DNA of 64,000 nt, taken from NCBI RefSeq assembly GCF_036321535.1, contig NC_087438.1, positions 98,704,001-98,768,000 of the forward strand, given 5' to 3'. This document shows positions 60,780-64,000 of this stretch, piece by piece (within the stretch, counting starts at the first letter, position 1; each line of letters opens with the position of its first letter). The notes under the pieces are model-generated. The model was given only the letters and a program-made list of their open reading frames with translations, was not told the DNA's origin and did no database searches. Made by a program: the position numbers and the translations under genes. Source of the stretch: Camelus dromedarius (lineage: Eukaryota).

Positions 60780-62330
60780 ATTTTAATAGTATGTATGTAA
60801 CTCCAAAAAAGATACAAATGGCCAGTAAGCCCATGAAAAGATGTTCAACATTATTAATCATTGGGGAAATGCAAATGAAAGCAACAATGAGTTGCCACCT
60901 TACACCCATTAGGATGACTACTCTCCAAAAAAAGGAAAGTGACAAATATTGGTGTTATATGGAATAATGAAACCCTTGTGCACTGTTGGTGGGAGTGTAA
61001 AACGGTTCAGCCACTGTGAAAAACAGTCAGTGTTTCCTCAGAAAAATTAAAGAGAATTACCATGTGATCCAGCAATTCCACTTCTGGGTATATTTCCCAA
61101 AGAATTAAAAGCAGTGTCTCAAGGAGATTCTTGTATACCCATGTTTAGCAGCGTTGTTCACAGTAGCTAAAAGTTAGATGCACCCCAAGTGTGCATCAAC
61201 CAGTGAAGGCATAAGCAAAATGTGGCATGTGTACATATGATGAACTAATTCCTCAGCCTTAAAAAGGAAGGAAATTCCTTTTTTTCTTTTGAGATATGAT
61301 TGACCTACAACACTATGTTAGTTACAGGTATACACATAGTCTTTTTCTATACATTAGAAAATGATCACCACAGTATCTCTAGTTACCATCTGTCACCATT
61401 CAAAGTTACTACAATATTGTTGACTATATTCCCCATGCTATACACCCTTGTGACTCGTTTATTTTGTAATTGGAAATTTTTAATATCCCTCACCTTTTTC
61501 ACTCATCCTCTCACCCCTCTCCCTTCTGGCACCCACTTGTTTGGTCTCTGTATCTGTGAATCTGTTTTTGTTTCGTTATATTTGTTCATTTGTTTTGCTT
61601 TTGTAGATTCCATATGTAAGTGAAATCATACAGTGTTCGTCTTTTTCTGTTAGACTTATTTCACTTAGCATAATAATACCCTCTAGGTCCATTCATATTG
61701 TGGCAAATGGCAAGATTTCATTCTCTTTCATGGCTGTGTAAATGTACAATACATCTTATCCATTCATTTATTGATGGACACTTAGGTTGCTTCTGTATCT
61801 TGGCTATTGTAAATAATGTTGCAGTGGACATAGGGGTGCACATATCTTTTTGAATTAGTGTTTTCATTTTCTTCAGAAACATACCCAGAAGTGAAATTGC
61901 TGGATCTTGTGGTAGTTCTATTTTTAATTTTTTGAGGAACCTCCATACTATTTTAAAAAGGAAGAAAATTATGACATATGCTGCAATATAGATGAACCTT
62001 GAGGATATTATGTTATGTAAAATAAGCCAACTACAAAAAAGGCAAATACTGTATGACTCTGCTTACATGAGGTATTTAGAGTGGTCAGAATCATAGAGAC
62101 AGCTAGTAGACAGTGTTTGCCAAGGGCTGGAGAGAGGGGAGAATGAGGAGTAACCATTTTATGGGTATACATTTCAGTTTTACAAGATAAAAAGAGTTCT
62201 GGTGATGGATGATTGAGATAGTTGCACAATGTTATAAATGTGTTTAATACCACTTAACTGTACACTTAAAAATGGCTAAGTTGGTAAATTTTATGTTATG
62301 TGTATTTTATCACAATAAAAACAGAAAAAA
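60780..62330 (+). mobile_element. L1 3' region (+) interrupted by a nested L1 3' end (-, about 61277-61952)
   Basis: The outer L1 reads MASKPMKRCSTLLIIGEMQMK. The inner inverted L1 is flanked by ttaaaaaggaag(g/a)aaatt at 61259-61276 and 61953-61970. Confidence 0.8.
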
Positions 62331-62377
62331 AGTATATTTGTCTTTTAACAGTATGGATAGGTGGGTAGGAGTGGGTT

Positions 62378-62444
62378 GGAGGTGGCAATAGTTCAGTGGT
62401 AGAGCTCGTGTTTAGCATGCACGAGGTCCTGTGTTCAAAAAAAA
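62378..62444 (+). mobile_element. Truncated tRNA-derived (Vic-1-like) SINE
   Basis: atagttcagtggtagagctcgtgtttagcatgcacgaggtcctgtgttc followed by an A run. Confidence 0.7.
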
Positions 62445-62724
62445 TTTTTTTTAAGAAAAGGAAGCTTCAGTAGTATTCTTCAAAAGGAAATGTCAAGAGG
62501 GAAATTCTGTCAGAATGTTTAAGTGGATGTCAATTTTAATAAATTAAAATTTTGATTTAAATTTTGTAGAAAGAGCATTTTATTCATATTTTGTCAAAAA
62601 GAAATAGAGACTTGTAGCCTTTGTACTAAACCAACCAGTATTGTAAAGGAAGTCCAAGGAATAAAGCAAATCCAGTCTCCTGTGAGGACCTTCAGAAATA
62701 ACAGGCGGTAGATATTGCCCTGGA

Positions 62725-62746
62725 CCTCTGGGTGCCGCTGTCGGCC
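62725..62746 (+). promoter_or_regulatory. Gamma-B-type CSE / CTCF element
   Basis: cctctgggtgccgctgtcggcc with a CGCT box, in a CpG-enriched patch about 315 nt upstream of the relic signal peptide. Confidence 0.7.
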
Positions 62747-62989
62747 AGTCCGTGGCTAGAGTGAAACAAAGGAATCCACTGGCGTTTCTGACGCAGCGAT
62801 CCCTGATCCCCGCAGACTTTTGAGAAACCCATCAGGAAGGGACTCTGCACACCGTCTCTCCCGGAATCTTTTCCAAATATATAGGTCTGGCAACTCAGGG
62901 TGAGCCGCTGCCTTGTCTTTCCAGTGCACTTTGGTATCCCGGCAGCAACCGCAGCGAGATGTATTCAGACCTACGAAGCAGCATCAAGA

Positions 62990-64000
62990 AGACACAGAAA
63001 GAGGTCCTCCCACTGGGAAGGGCGCGAGAGTGCAGGAAGCACTGTTTTCCTTCCTGCTGTCAGTGTTCACTCGAGTGAACTGCGAAGTAGATGCGCTGCA
63101 AGATTCCCGATTCTGGAAGAGGTAACCAAGGACTTAAAAGTGGGCAATTTTGCTAAAGATCTACATCTCGGTGACCAGAACCATGGGTGAGTGCTGAGAA
63201 GCCTGTCTTTACCGCCAGCAAAGAGAGCAGGGAGGAACAAGACAATGACAGGATAGATCTAGCTGGTAGGCCAAAGGAAGTCCCTAGACTCCCTGAACCT
63301 GAAAACTTTACTGGAAATCCTATAAATGCCTTTCATATAAATGTATTTTTATCCTGGATATAAATAACATAAGGCTTTTAGTGCGGCCATTTTGTTTTGA
63401 AAATTCTGGGGAAACATCTTAATAGGAGCAAAGTTTACTCCTAAACTGCAGTAGATATGGATGGTGCAAATAATTCTCTACAAATTTATGAGATTAGTTT
63501 CAATTAACCATTTCCCCCACTGCCAGAAGTAGAAGAGAGCACAAGGGCAGTAAATATCCTGGTTATTAGAGAAATTGGGACTGGAGGAGCAGAGCTGCCA
63601 CCACTTAGTGGTGGGAAGGAAGCAGAACAGCTCAGAGAATGAAACGGATCTTGGATGCCAGAGCCAACCCTCCCATACTGAACCACAAAGAGTACAGCAG
63701 AGTCTGCCTTCTGGAGGACGTGCCTTCCACCTCCTTGTCTACATTCTTCAGGTGATCCCTTCTGACGTAGATGATACCCCTAAGGTAGAGTTCTCCTGTA
63801 CTTCCCACACAGTCCCACAGGATATACAGAATATATCCTATAATAGCAAGCACCATCTTTGATTTTGAAGAGTGACAGTTACATCGTAGCCTCTTCTACG
63901 GTGTAGAAGAGGACAGGAGACAGTTAAGGGCCCAATCCTGGTTGAAATGGAGGTTGGGAACCATAATGCAGTGCAGGTGACTTTCAACTGAGTGTCTAGT
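62990..64000 (+). pseudogene. Decayed PCDHGB-like variable exon (runs off the window end)
   Basis: LFSFLLSVF (63042), PILEEVTKDLKVGNFAKDL (to 63163), NPINAFHINV, DMDGANNSLQIYEIS, EQSCHHLV, LDARANPP (63651), ILQVIPSDVDD and FDFEE* (63858). These are colinear with EC1-EC3, with many stops and frameshifts. Confidence 0.8.

Overview
Mammalian genomic DNA. It is most likely a camelid, inferred from tRNA-derived Vic-1-like SINEs. The window covers the distal end of the clustered protocadherin beta locus and the interval between the beta and gamma clusters. Three intact single-exon PCDHB genes lie on the + strand: a PCDHB18 orthologue (6163-8565), a gene in the position of human PCDHB19P (11673-14048) and PCDHB15 (16555-18957). 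Each is preceded by a CGCT-box CSE/CTCF promoter element, and all three share a nearly identical GC-rich 3' half. Next comes a repeat-dense stretch of about 26 kb (MLT1, L1, ERVL, SINEs) containing a decayed C2H2 zinc-finger array. After it are the intronless-CDS genes SLC25A2 (48937-49842, -) and TAF7 (55000-56049, -). Manual translation shows several decayed gamma-type protocadherin exon relics on the + strand at about 45.7, 50.4, 56.6 (weakest) and 62.9 kb. Two of them sit inside the CpG islands from which SLC25A2 and TAF7 are transcribed in the antisense direction, which suggests both retrogenes co-opted dead Pcdh-gamma promoters. Seven N-runs look like exact-length masking rather than sized gaps. 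No databases were searched; repeat family names come from recalled consensus sequences.
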